Positions 1 through 9,792 of a DNA stretch of 64,000 bases are shown here, in pieces. Made by a program: the position numbers and the translations under genes. The notes below the pieces were generated by a model that searched no databases, was not told where the DNA came from, and saw only the letters and a list, made by a program, of their open reading frames with translations. Location: assembly GCF_013122565.1 (NCBI RefSeq), contig NZ_CP053258.1; one strand, written 5' to 3'. The first letter of the stretch is position 1. Every line of letters begins with the position of its first letter. The stretch is from Escherichia coli (GTDB lineage: Bacteria > Pseudomonadota > Gammaproteobacteria > Enterobacterales > Enterobacteriaceae).

Positions 1-109
1 AATGAAAGCCGAAGCGCTGGCGATGGGCTTTACCCATGCTGCATGCGGTCCGTTTGTCCGCTCTTCTTACCACGCCGATTTGCAGGCGAAAGGGATGGAA
101 GTTAAGTAA
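1..109 (+). CDS. lipA: lipoyl synthase, C-terminal fragment (gene starts upstream of window)
   Basis: Frame beginning at nt 2 translates to [35 protein letters not shown] then stop at 107-109; recognised as the LipA C-terminus. Confidence 0.85.
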
Positions 110-136
110 TCCTGTAATAATTACTTACATCTGTCT

Positions 137-170
137 GATAAAAAACCCGCTTTTTGAAGCGGGTTTTTTG
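137..170. terminator. bidirectional intrinsic terminator between convergent lipA and tatE
   Basis: aaaaaacccgcttt-ttga-agcgggtttttt: GC stem flanked by an A-run and a T-run (coordinates approximate). Confidence 0.7.
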
Positions 171-209
171 TATCGAACAAGATATTGAGGGAGCGTCCTG
201 CTCGCCACG

Positions 210-413
210 TCACTCTTTATGAGAGAGCTTTTCAGCCTGAAGATCAACGTCTGCGCCTTTTTTCGCCGCAGCATCATCATCATTCATCGCCTTCTTGAAC
301 CCTTTAATGGCCGCTCCAAGGTCTCCGCCCAGCGTACGTAACTTCTTAGTCCCAAACAGCAGAACGACCAGCGCCGCAACTACCAGCAGTTTGGTAATAC
401 TAATCTCACCCAT
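210..413 (-). CDS. tatE: Sec-independent translocase component TatE (67 aa)
   Basis: Internal ATG of track ORF 210..449; [41 protein letters not shown] is a TatA/E-family sequence with one N-terminal TM helix. Confidence 0.9.
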   Translation of the reverse strand: MGEISITKLLVVAALVVLLFGTKKLRTLGGDLGAAIKGFKKAMNDDDAAAKKGADVDLQAEKLSHKE

Positions 414-541
414 AGATACCTTCTTGACATATAACCGGCAACAGAACACGCCTTAAAAACCAGAGAATATTAACGGTCATTCGACGCGCGCACACAATAG
501 CAATCTGTAACAAGGTGAATCAAGCGCCGAGTAAAAAAACA

Positions 542-1330
542 TCATAATAATTGCGGCGGCGCAAAGCGACGGTTGTTTAAGACGGGCAGTTGCGCGCGCA
601 CCTGACGCACACGTTCGGGCGTCACTTCCGCCATAATGAGTGCAGGCATTTCTGACGCTGCCGCAATGGTGACGCCAAAGGGATCTATAATCCGGCTTTG
701 CCCGATATTTTTGTTCCCGCACTCCCCCGCCGCCACCATATAACAGGTGGTATCCAGCGCACGAGCGGCAAGCAACGTTGACCAGTGATGCTCTTTGAGC
801 GGCCCGCGAACCCAGGCGGCAGGAAGTACCAGGATTTCAGCTCCCTGTAATGCCTGTGCCAGCGCCAGCTCTGGAAAGCGTAAGTCATAACAGGTCATCA
901 GACCGACCTTCATCCCTTCCACCTCCAGTAATGGAGCTATTTCATTACCAGCATCAACATGGCGTGATTCCTGAATGGCAAATGCATCATAGAGATGAAG
1001 TTTGGCATAACGGGCAACGATGTTTCCTGCCTGTAGCGCCACCAGCATATTCCATGCGCGCCCCGGCGTTGAAGGAACATGAATCGTCAGAATTGTCGTC
1101 ATCATGTTACGTTTACTTTCTCGCCGTAAACGTCCGAGGAATTCGCCTTCCAGCAGCTGTGCTGATTTAACCGATAGATCTGCATCATGATCATCGCGCG
1201 CCAGCAATGCTTCCGGCAGGACAAACAGCGATACGTCGTTTTCCGCCGCCTGCGCCATCAACGAGGCACAAATCTCAGCGTTCTTTTCCCACACAGATGT
1301 AACAGCAAACTGTCCTGCAGCAACCAACAT
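542..1330 (-). CDS. ybeM: C-N hydrolase (nitrilase superfamily, Nit1-like amidase), apparently intact
   Basis: Track ORF 542..1336 (264 aa) with no internal stop; start placed at third codon to give 262 aa; position between tatE and crcB matches ybeM. Confidence 0.8.
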   Translation of the reverse strand: MLVAAGQFAVTSVWEKNAEICASLMAQAAENDVSLFVLPEALLARDDHDADLSVKSAQLLEGEFLGRLRRESKRNMMTTILTIHVPSTPGRAWNMLVALQAGNIVARYAKLHLYDAFAIQESRHVDAGNEIAPLLEVEGMKVGLMTCYDLRFPELALAQALQGAEILVLPAAWVRGPLKEHHWSTLLAARALDTTCYMVAAGECGNKNIGQSRIIDPFGVTIAAASEMPALIMAEVTPERVRQVRAQLPVLNNRRFAPPQLL

Positions 1331-1422
1331 TGCCACCTCCTGTCAGAGTCGTAAAATTCGCCAACGACGATTATTCGGCGTTACACTTATCACTCATACA
1401 AATCAAATAGCAGGATTTTGCA

Positions 1423-1806
1423 GTGTTACAACTTCTTTTAGCAGTTTTTATTGGCGGTGGTACGGGAAGCGTGGCGAGATGGCTGTTAAGTATGCGATTT
1501 AACCCGCTGCATCAGGCGATTCCGTTGGGGACGCTGGCTGCAAACCTGATTGGGGCATTCATCATAGGAATGGGATTCGCCTGGTTCAGCAGGATGACAA
1601 ACATTGATCCCGTGTGGAAAGTATTAATCACCACCGGATTTTGTGGCGGTCTAACAACCTTCTCAACATTTTCGGCAGAAGTGGTGTTTTTGTTACAAGA
1701 GGGTCGCTTTGGCTGGGCATTACTGAACGTTTTCGTCAACCTTCTGGGGTCTTTTGCCATGACCGCACTGGCATTCTGGCTGTTTTCGGCCTCAACCGCA
1801 CACTAA
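1423..1806 (+). CDS. crcB: fluoride ion channel CrcB/FluC (127 aa)
   Basis: Track ORF 127 aa, hydrophobic four-helix pattern with GGxTTFSTF motif; start codon appears to be GTG. Confidence 0.92.
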
Positions 1807-1809
1807 AGA

Positions 1810-1845
1810 CCAAAAAAAACCCGCTGATTAAGCGGGTTTTGAATT
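1810..1845. terminator. bidirectional intrinsic terminator between convergent crcB and cspE
   Basis: aaaaaaaacccgct-gatta-agcgggtttt hairpin with flanking A and T runs. Confidence 0.7.
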
Positions 1846-1859
1846 CTTGCTGACGTATC

Positions 1860-2069
1860 TTACAGAGCGATTACGTTTGCAGCAGAAGGGCCTTTGGCAC
1901 CGTTAGTGATTTCGAACTCTACACGCTGACCTTCAGCAAGAGTTTTAAAACCATTAGTCTGGATTGCAGAGAAGTGTACGAACACGTCTTTGCTGCCGTC
2001 TTCCGGAGTAATGAAACCGAATCCTTTGGACTCATTAAACCACTTAACGTTACCTTTAATCTTAGACAT
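1860..2069 (-). CDS. cspE: cold-shock-domain protein CspE (69 aa)
   Basis: Internal start of track ORF 1860..2153; [37 protein letters not shown] contains the RNP1/RNP2 cold-shock motifs. Confidence 0.95.
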
Positions 2070-2243
2070 CAAAATTACCTTTACATGAAAAATAGACACA
2101 AATGCTGTGTCGGTTACCAGTACACCAATTGTGGTACGCTTTGTCCAGTGCAACTTTACTAAAAAGTGATAAAAGTCGCGTTATTTTTGATGTTAATTAT
2201 TTTACTCATTGATTTTAAAGAGTTTACTAAAATTTCATTTGTC

Positions 2244-2804
2244 TCAAAACTGAAAGCGCATCCAGGCAAAGTACACATTGCCATTGTTGTAGGTACCCGG
2301 AATGTAGGTCATCTGAAAAGTCACTGGACCATAACCCACGGAGGCCAATGGCAGTAGAACCGGGAGAGGGATGTAATTCCAGTTATCGCGCGCCGTTACG
2401 CCGGCGGTGAATCCCAGACCTAAATGAAAATTTTCATCCGCCAGCGGTCGCCAGGTACTTTCCCATCCGTATCCGGCAATCGGTTCCCATTTGTTCCACG
2501 AGTCCTTAAATGCCATGGCATACAGGCCATGCCAGTTTCCTTTTTCATCCCAACGCGACTGACCAAAACCGCCACCCCACGGTCGCTCGTTATAGCGATC
2601 GGTTTTTTCTTTGTCGTAAGCGAAACGTGCATGCCAGGTGATGGCAGGAATATATAAATCATAATGTTCAGGCTGTTGCCAGGTTTGTGCAATATTTTCT
2701 CTAAACGTTGTCATCCACTCATCTGCGTTAGCAAAAACTTTACCAACGCTGATTAACTGAATAAAAACAAAGGAAAATATAGCGACATATTTACTCACGT
2801 TCAT
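2244..2804 (-). CDS. pagP: lipid A palmitoyltransferase PagP (186 aa)
   Basis: Internal ATG of track ORF 2244..2828 ([25 protein letters not shown] signal peptide); outer-membrane beta-barrel pattern; plus-strand cat at 2802-2804 confirms the ATG. Confidence 0.92.
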   Translation of the reverse strand: MNVSKYVAIFSFVFIQLISVGKVFANADEWMTTFRENIAQTWQQPEHYDLYIPAITWHARFAYDKEKTDRYNERPWGGGFGQSRWDEKGNWHGLYAMAFKDSWNKWEPIAGYGWESTWRPLADENFHLGLGFTAGVTARDNWNYIPLPVLLPLASVGYGPVTFQMTYIPGTYNNGNVYFAWMRFQF

Positions 2805-3284
2805 TTGTGACCATAAAACATTTATCAAAAATCTACTACTAGCATAGCAAAGCTACAATTAACATAACCTTAATAGCTCCAACATAAAGAATAATCTGAA
2901 TAGCTGCTCTATTTATTTCCGCTTGTTTAAGTTAAATATTTCCGCGCATCGATTTAAAATGATACATCGTTTTCTGCGATGGGAATAGTCATAAAAGAAA
3001 AAGCAAGTTATTACTGATAACAAAATGCAATCAAGAAAAAAATGACTTATTTTTTAATAAGATACAAAAAATTATCTTAACAAAGAATATATTATATATC
3101 GTCAACCCACGCCCATTATAGATTATTTTTTGAGCACACAACCGCAGCTAACACCATTGCAATTAACAAATTTGCATCAATCTACCATCAATTTACACAC
3201 ATTATTATGTGATAATTGCCAACTGTTAAATATGCGTTTTGTTATCTATGTATAAAAACAGCAACTTCAATGTCTTAATGGCAG

Positions 3285-3310
3285 TTTTTCTTGATTTTAA
3301 TCAGCATTCA
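3285..3310 (+). promoter_or_regulatory. FNR-like site candidate upstream of dcuC
   Basis: ttgattttaatcag resembles TTGAT-N4-ATCAA with one mismatch, about 90-100 bp upstream of the dcuC ATG. Confidence 0.3.
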
Positions 3311-3393
3311 CCGCCAATTTATTGGGCATATTTTTTCCTTAAGTTTTAGGAATTTTTTATTATTTACTTTGGGGCCTGGAGACAGGAAAAATT

Positions 3394-4779
3394 ATGCTGA
3401 CATTCATTGAACTCCTTATTGGGGTTGTGGTTATTGTGGGTGTAGCTCGCTACATCATTAAAGGGTATTCCGCCACTGGTGTGTTATTTGTCGGTGGCCT
3501 GTTATTGCTGATTATCAGTGCCATTATGGGGCACAAAGTGTTACCGTCCAGCCAGGCTTCAACAGGCTACAGCGCCACGGATATCGTTGAATACGTTAAA
3601 ATATTGCTAATGAGCCGCGGCGGCGACCTCGGCATGATGATTATGATGCTGTGTGGCTTTGCCGCTTACATGACCCATATCGGCGCGAATGATATGGTGG
3701 TCAAGCTGGCGTCAAAACCATTGCAGTATATTAACTCCCCTTACCTGCTGATGATTGCCGCCTATTTTGTTGCCTGTCTGATGTCTTTGGCCGTCTCTTC
3801 CGCAACCGGTCTGGGCGTTTTGCTGATGGCTACTCTGTTTCCGGTGATGGTAAACGTTGGTATCAGTCGTGGCGCAGCAGCTGCCATTTGTGCCTCCCCG
3901 GCGGCGATTATTCTCGCACCGACTTCAGGGGATGTGGTGCTGGCGGCACAGGCTTCCGAAATGTCGCTGATTGACTTCGCCTTCAAAACGACGCTGCCTA
4001 TCTCAATTGCTGCAATTATCGGCATGGCGATCGCCCACTTCTTCTGGCAACGTTATCTGGATAAAAAAGAGCACATTTCTCATGAAATGTTAGATGTCAG
4101 TGAAATCACCACCACTGCTCCTGCGTTTTATGCCATTTTGCCGTTCACGCCGATCATCGGTGTACTGATTTTTGACGGTAAATGGGGTCCGCAATTACAC
4201 ATCATCACTATTCTGGTGATTTGTATGCTGATTGCCTCCATTCTGGAGTTTCTCCGCAGCTTTAATACCCAGAAAGTTTTCTCTGGTCTGGAAGTGGCTT
4301 ATCGCGGGATGGCAGATGCGTTTGCTAACGTGGTGATGCTGCTGGTTGCCGCTGGGGTATTCGCTCAGGGGCTTAGCACCATCGGCTTTATTCAAAGTCT
4401 GATTTCTATCGCTACCTCGTTTGGTTCGGCGAGTATCATCCTGATGCTGGTATTGGTGATTCTGACAATGCTGGCGGCAGTCACGACCGGTTCAGGCAAT
4501 GCGCCGTTTTATGCGTTTGTTGAGATGATCCCGAAACTGGCGCACTCTTCCGGCATTAACCCGGCGTATTTGACTATCCCGATGCTGCAGGCGTCAAACC
4601 TGGGCCGTACCCTTTCGCCCGTTTCTGGCGTAGTCGTTGCGGTTGCCGGGATGGCGAAAATCTCACCATTTGAAGTCGTAAAACGCACCTCGGTGCCGGT
4701 GCTTGTTGGGCTGGTGATTGTTATCGTTGCTACAGAGCTGATGGTGCCAGGAACGGCAGCAGCGGTCACAGGCAAGTAA
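3394..4779 (+). CDS. dcuC: anaerobic C4-dicarboxylate transporter DcuC (461 aa)
   Basis: Track ORF 461 aa, polytopic membrane protein; ATG at 3394 preceded by a ggagacagg SD-like sequence. Confidence 0.95.
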   Translation: MLTFIELLIGVVVIVGVARYIIKGYSATGVLFVGGLLLLIISAIMGHKVLPSSQASTGYSATDIVEYVKILLMSRGGDLGMMIMMLCGFAAYMTHIGANDMVVKLASKPLQYINSPYLLMIAAYFVACLMSLAVSSATGLGVLLMATLFPVMVNVGISRGAAAAICASPAAIILAPTSGDVVLAAQASEMSLIDFAFKTTLPISIAAIIGMAIAHFFWQRYLDKKEHISHEMLDVSEITTTAPAFYAILPFTPIIGVLIFDGKWGPQLHIITILVICMLIASILEFLRSFNTQKVFSGLEVAYRGMADAFANVVMLLVAAGVFAQGLSTIGFIQSLISIATSFGSASIILMLVLVILTMLAAVTTGSGNAPFYAFVEMIPKLAHSSGINPAYLTIPMLQASNLGRTLSPVSGVVVAVAGMAKISPFEVVKRTSVPVLVGLVIVIVATELMVPGTAAAVTGK

Positions 4780-4784
4780 ATAGT

Positions 4785-4816
4785 AATGCCGGAGGCAAGT
4801 TTCCTCCGGCTTTATC
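4785..4816. terminator. hairpin terminator in the 40-bp gap between convergent dcuC and dpiA
   Basis: gccggagg-caagttt-cctccggc followed by tttat. Confidence 0.65.
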
Positions 4817-4819
4817 ATG

Positions 4820-5500
4820 TCACCCACTGTGGTATATGCGTTGCGGTCTGCCAACTTTGCCGTGAACAATTTCAGCAATAATCAGATGGCGGCTGGCGCA
4901 ATATTCAAGATAACGCCTGGCAGTGGTGCGGCTGATGGTCAATGCCTGCGCCACCGTTTCTGCCGTATGTTGCACACCAGGCTCTTTGAACAATTTTCGC
5001 ACCGCGTTTAGCGTCAAGGGGTCAATGCCGGTCGGCAGTTCGTCTTTGGGTTCACCACGAGCATAGGCATTAAACATCTCATCAATTTGCTTCTGGCTGG
5101 CGCTATCAATACTTTCCAGCATATGTTTACGCTGGCGGAAACGGGTTAGCGTTTGCCCCAGCCGTTCATAGGCAATTGGCTTGATGAGATAATCAAATAC
5201 ACCACAACGTACGGCTTCAGACACCGTTTCCATATCGCTGGCTGCAGTGGTAAACACCACGTCGCCGGGATAATGCGCCTGCACCAGTTCATGCAGTAAA
5301 TTAATCCCTCTACCGTCAGGAAGATAGTTATCGAGCAAGATTAGCCCCGGCTTAAAACGCTCGATCATCATTCGGGCCTGCGCCAGGTTTCCCGCCAGTA
5401 ATATCTGACTGAATCCGGGAATGTGACGAATATATTCCGCATGCATCTCTGCCAGCGGCGTTTCGTCCTCAACGATCAATAGGGTTAATGGAGCTGTCAT
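4820..5500 (-). CDS. dpiA: two-component response regulator DpiA/CitB (226 aa)
   Basis: Track ORF 226 aa with receiver domain (LIVEDE...D) and C-terminal HTH; first 10 codons overlap the 3' end of dpiB. Confidence 0.93.
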   Translation of the reverse strand: MTAPLTLLIVEDETPLAEMHAEYIRHIPGFSQILLAGNLAQARMMIERFKPGLILLDNYLPDGRGINLLHELVQAHYPGDVVFTTAASDMETVSEAVRCGVFDYLIKPIAYERLGQTLTRFRQRKHMLESIDSASQKQIDEMFNAYARGEPKDELPTGIDPLTLNAVRKLFKEPGVQHTAETVAQALTISRTTARRYLEYCASRHLIIAEIVHGKVGRPQRIYHSG

Positions 5501-7127
5501 TAGGTTTCACTTTCGGAATATAGATTGAAAATAAGGTACCGCAGGGATCATTATCTTCGAGAGTGATAACACCACCGCAGCGCGTTACGTAGCTGGCAAT
5601 CAAGTACAACCCAATGCCATGTTCACCGGGCTCGTCAGCACGCGTACTGACCCCCTGCTCAAATATTTTGTCTCGTAGAGACTCTGGAACGCCGCAGCCC
5701 TGATCGGCGACTTCAATCACCACATCATCGCCTTCATCGCTGAGGAATAATTCAACGATCTTGTTTCCTTCATCGCTACGCAGGCTGGCTTCGAAGGCGT
5801 TATCAAGTAAATTGCCCACAATGGCGGCAAACTCGGTGCTATCCAGTCCTGGCGGCAGTTGCGAAAGCTGGCTACCGGGGACGATGATCATTTTTAGCCC
5901 CAGTTCCCGGGCGCGCTGCACTTTACCAAAAAGCAGCCCCGCCACCTGGCGATCGGCAAACGCCTCGCGCAGGCTGTCAATAAGCTGTTGCTGTGCCTGA
6001 GACTCCCCCTGCACCATCGCCAGCACGCGATCATACTCTTTCATCTGCAACAGACCATTGAGCGTCGACATCCAATTGAGATGCTCGTGTCGCAATGTAC
6101 GAAGGCTCTCGACGTATTGTTTTATTTGCGTCAGTTGCGCATTGAGGGTGGAAATTTCGTCTTTACTACGAAAGCTGATAATGGCCCCCAGCAAATCATC
6201 ACCTGAACGAATAGCTTCCCGATTGGCAATAACGCTCAGACCGTTAAAGTTAGCCACCACATCCTGACGTTTTTCATCAATCTGTTCGGTAAAGAAATCG
6301 GCGGGCCTGACCACTTCAGCAATGGGTTTACCCAACCATTGCCGTCCGGGGGAACTCAGCCCCAGCATCTTTCTTGCGTTACGATTGATGGCGGTAATGT
6401 AACCGTGCGGATCCACCGCAATCAGCCCTTCATAAACCGAACTAAATAGCGCCTCTTGCTGACGGACCACGCGTGCGATTTGCTTTGGCTCCATGCCCAT
6501 CATCTGCCGACGGATATGCGCGGCCAGGAACCACGACAGCAACATCAGAATCCCTAACAGCACGACAAACACACCTGCCATTGGTAATAAAAACTCAGCC
6601 CGCCAGCTATCGATTTTACTCACCAGGTAGCCAATCGACACCACGCCGATGACTTTTCCATCGTCATCAAAAATTGGCGTTTTGGCGCGCATCGCCATGC
6701 CCATTGACCCTTTCCCGGTAATGAAGTAGCTCTCCCCTTTCTCCAGCGCGCCCTGTTTGGTGAACTGCATAGGATGACCAATTTTCTCCGGATTAGGATG
6801 GTAAAGGCGGATCGAGTGCCGGTCGCCAATCACCACATAATCAAAATCGGTATCTCTTTGTAATTTGTTAGCGATGGTCGCCAGCCGTTTGTAGTCACGC
6901 GTTTTTACTGCGCTGATGATACTGTCATTAGAAGCAATAATTTTCGCCTGATTCATTGCCATGTCGCGTACATGAAGCGTTAAATAGTCCTCAAAACTGG
7001 CCGTAAAATATTGCGCCAGGGCTGCAATGACAAATATTGAGAACACCAGAATCAGCAAAAAGATACGCAGCGGAAATGCCAGTCTTTGGAAAAATGCAAA
7101 CTGTTTATTCTCGTTAAGCTGCAACAT
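5469..7127 (-). CDS. dpiB: sensor histidine kinase DpiB/CitA (552 aa)
   Basis: Track ORF 5469..7187 trimmed to internal Met (MLQLNENKQFAFFQRLAF...) to give 552 aa; periplasmic sensor plus HATPase_c motifs. Confidence 0.9.
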   Translation of the reverse strand: MLQLNENKQFAFFQRLAFPLRIFLLILVFSIFVIAALAQYFTASFEDYLTLHVRDMAMNQAKIIASNDSIISAVKTRDYKRLATIANKLQRDTDFDYVVIGDRHSIRLYHPNPEKIGHPMQFTKQGALEKGESYFITGKGSMGMAMRAKTPIFDDDGKVIGVVSIGYLVSKIDSWRAEFLLPMAGVFVVLLGILMLLSWFLAAHIRRQMMGMEPKQIARVVRQQEALFSSVYEGLIAVDPHGYITAINRNARKMLGLSSPGRQWLGKPIAEVVRPADFFTEQIDEKRQDVVANFNGLSVIANREAIRSGDDLLGAIISFRSKDEISTLNAQLTQIKQYVESLRTLRHEHLNWMSTLNGLLQMKEYDRVLAMVQGESQAQQQLIDSLREAFADRQVAGLLFGKVQRARELGLKMIIVPGSQLSQLPPGLDSTEFAAIVGNLLDNAFEASLRSDEGNKIVELFLSDEGDDVVIEVADQGCGVPESLRDKIFEQGVSTRADEPGEHGIGLYLIASYVTRCGGVITLEDNDPCGTLFSIYIPKVKPNDSSINPIDR

Positions 7128-7507
7128 TGTTTTCCTTGCGGGTTGTCCCGAACCTCTTTGACGGATGTAATTAAAATGTTGAATCAAAATACATAGATAT
7201 TAATTATGATCGTGGCAAATTTTATTCATTAAATCAATTAAATCACTTAAACCTGCGGGTCATTTCGCAATTACATTAATTAAAAAACTTAAAACCATTA
7301 AATAAATAAAAAACCACTAACTCTATGTGAAATAAATCAAAATTTCACGCCGAAATACTCCTTAGGATGTATAGCGAAAGGAGAAAAAGATATACCTCGA
7401 TCGCCCTCCCTTTCTCCCAAGTGAAAATAAAAGGTTATCAGTTTGCAACATTGAACAACATTCGTTGCAAATCGATAACAATATGCACCTTCAGGATACT
7501 ATTTATT

Positions 7508-8566
7508 ATGTTCGGCAATGATATTTTCACCCGCGTAAAACGTTCAGAAAATAAAAAAATGGCGGAAATCGCCCAATTCCTGCATGAAAATGATTTGAGC
7601 GTTGACACCACAGTCGAAGTATTTATTACCGTAACCCGCGATGAAAAGCTTATCGCGTGCGGTGGAATTGCCGGAAATATTATTAAATGCGTTGCTATCA
7701 GTGAATCCGTTCGCGGTGAAGGACTGGCGCTAACATTAGCCACTGAATTGATAAACCTCGCCTATGAGCGGCACAGCACGCATCTGTTTATTTATACCAA
7801 AACCGAATACGAGGCGCTGTTCCGCCAGTGCGGTTTTTCCACGCTGACCAGCGTACCTGGCGTGATGGTGCTGATGGAAAACAGCGCCACGCGACTGAAA
7901 CGCTATGCCGAATCGCTGAAAAAATTTCGTCATCCAGGGAACAAGATTGGCTGCATTGTGATGAACGCCAATCCCTTTACGAATGGTCACCGTTATCTGA
8001 TTCAACAGGCTGCGGCACAGTGCGACTGGTTGCATCTGTTTTTAGTCAAAGAAGATTCTTCACGCTTCCCCTATGAAGACCGGCTGGATCTGGTGTTAAA
8101 AGGCACCGCCGATATTCCACGTCTGACTGTGCATCGCGGCTCCGAATACATCATCTCCCGCGCTACGTTCCCTTGCTACTTCATTAAAGAACAGAGCGTC
8201 ATTAACCATTGTTACACCGAAATTGATCTGAAGATTTTCCGTCAGTACCTCGCTCCCGCGCTGGGTGTAACTCACCGCTTTGTCGGTACTGAACCCTTTT
8301 GTCGCGTTACCGCCCAGTACAACCAGGATATGCGCTACTGGCTGGAAACGCCGACTATCTCCGCACCGCCCATCGAACTGGTTGAAATTGAGCGGCTGCG
8401 TTACCAGGAGATGCCGATATCCGCTTCCCGGGTACGTCAACTGCTGGCGAAAAACGATCTCACGGCTATCGCGCCGCTGGTCCCTGCAGTCACGCTGCAT
8501 TATTTGCAGAACCTGCTTGAGCACTCCCGCCAGGACGCGGCAGCTCGTCAAAAGACCCCCGCATGA
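7508..8566 (+). CDS. citC: [citrate (pro-3S)-lyase] ligase CitC (352 aa)
   Basis: Internal ATG (MFGNDIFTRVKRSENKKMAEI...) of track ORF 7367..8566; heads the citCDEFXG operon. Confidence 0.9.
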   Translation: MFGNDIFTRVKRSENKKMAEIAQFLHENDLSVDTTVEVFITVTRDEKLIACGGIAGNIIKCVAISESVRGEGLALTLATELINLAYERHSTHLFIYTKTEYEALFRQCGFSTLTSVPGVMVLMENSATRLKRYAESLKKFRHPGNKIGCIVMNANPFTNGHRYLIQQAAAQCDWLHLFLVKEDSSRFPYEDRLDLVLKGTADIPRLTVHRGSEYIISRATFPCYFIKEQSVINHCYTEIDLKIFRQYLAPALGVTHRFVGTEPFCRVTAQYNQDMRYWLETPTISAPPIELVEIERLRYQEMPISASRVRQLLAKNDLTAIAPLVPAVTLHYLQNLLEHSRQDAAARQKTPA

Positions 8567-8580
8567 GAAACAGGTGAAAA

Positions 8581-8877
8581 ATGAAAATAAACCAGCCCGC
8601 CGTTGCAGGCACCCTTGAGTCTGGGGATGTGATGATACGCATCGCCCCACTCGATACGCAGGATATCGACCTGCAAATCAACAGCAGCGTTGAGAAACAG
8701 TTTGGCGATGCAATTCGCACCACCATTCTGGACGTTCTCGCCCGCTACAACGTGCGCGGCGTACAGCTGAATGTCGATGACAAAGGCGCACTGGACTGCA
8801 TTTTACGTGCACGACTGGAAGCCCTGCTGGCACGCGCCAGCGGTATCCCGGCTCTGCCATGGGAGGATTGCCAATGA
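8581..8877 (+). CDS. citD: citrate lyase acyl carrier protein, gamma subunit (98 aa)
   Basis: Track ORF 98 aa ([24 protein letters not shown]...). Confidence 0.93.
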
Positions 8878-9782
8878 TTTCCGCTTCGCTGCAACAACGT
8901 AAAACTCGCACCCGCCGCAGCATGTTGTTTGTGCCTGGTGCCAATGCCGCGATGGTCAGCAACTCCTTCATCTACCCGGCTGATGCCCTGATGTTTGACC
9001 TCGAAGACTCCGTGGCATTACGTGAAAAAGACACCGCCCGCCGCATGGTTTATCACGCGCTGCAACATCCGCTGTATCGCGATATTGAAACCATTGTGCG
9101 TGTCAACGCGCTGGATTCCGAATGGGGTGTTAACGACCTGGAAGCCGTCGTTCGCGGTGGTGCGGACGTTGTGCGTCTGCCGAAAACCGATACCGCTCAG
9201 GATGTTCTGGATATCGAAAAAGAGATCCTGCGTATCGAAAAAGCCTGTGGTCGTGAACCCGGCAGCACCGGCCTGCTGGCGGCGATTGAATCTCCGCTGG
9301 GCATTACCCGCGCAGTGGAAATCGCTCACGCTTCCGAGCGTTTGATCGGTATCGCCCTCGGTGCAGAAGACTATGTGCGCAACCTGCGTACAGAACGCTC
9401 CCCGGAAGGAACTGAACTGCTGTTCGCTCGCTGCTCCATTTTGCAGGCCGCGCGCTCTGCGGGTATTCAGGCGTTCGATACCGTCTATTCCGACGCTAAC
9501 AACGAAGCCGGATTCCTGCAAGAAGCCGCCCACATCAAACAGCTGGGATTTGACGGCAAATCGCTGATCAACCCGCGTCAGATTGATCTGCTGCACAACC
9601 TCTACGCACCAACCCAGAAAGAAGTGGATCACGCCCGCCGCGTCGTAGAAGCCGCTGAAGCCGCCGCTCGCGAAGGCCTCGGCGTGGTTTCCCTGAACGG
9701 CAAGATGGTGGACGGTCCGGTTATCGATCGCGCCCGTCTGGTGCTCTCCCGTGCAGAACTTTCCGGCATCCGCGAAGAATAA
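8874..9782 (+). CDS. citE: citrate lyase beta subunit / citryl-CoA lyase (302 aa)
   Basis: Internal Met ([27 protein letters not shown]) of track ORF 8859..9782; 4-nt overlap with citD. Confidence 0.92.
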
Positions 9783-9792
9783 GGCAATCAAA

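Noticed and set aside
1337-1422. Possible fluoride riboswitch (crcB motif) upstream of crcB
   Set aside because: The ybeM-crcB gap is only 86 bp and I could not recognise the conserved crcB-motif helices or pseudoknot by eye; not claimed without a covariance-model search (for example Rfam RF01734).
7367-7507. N-terminal extensions of track ORFs (citC from 7367, and similarly fepC from 38943, entF to 45263, fepA from 46728, entD from 49124, hokE to 50180)
   Set aside because: The extensions run into AT-rich promoter regions, REP elements or the IS150 terminus; internal starts reproduce the known protein lengths and have better RBS context.
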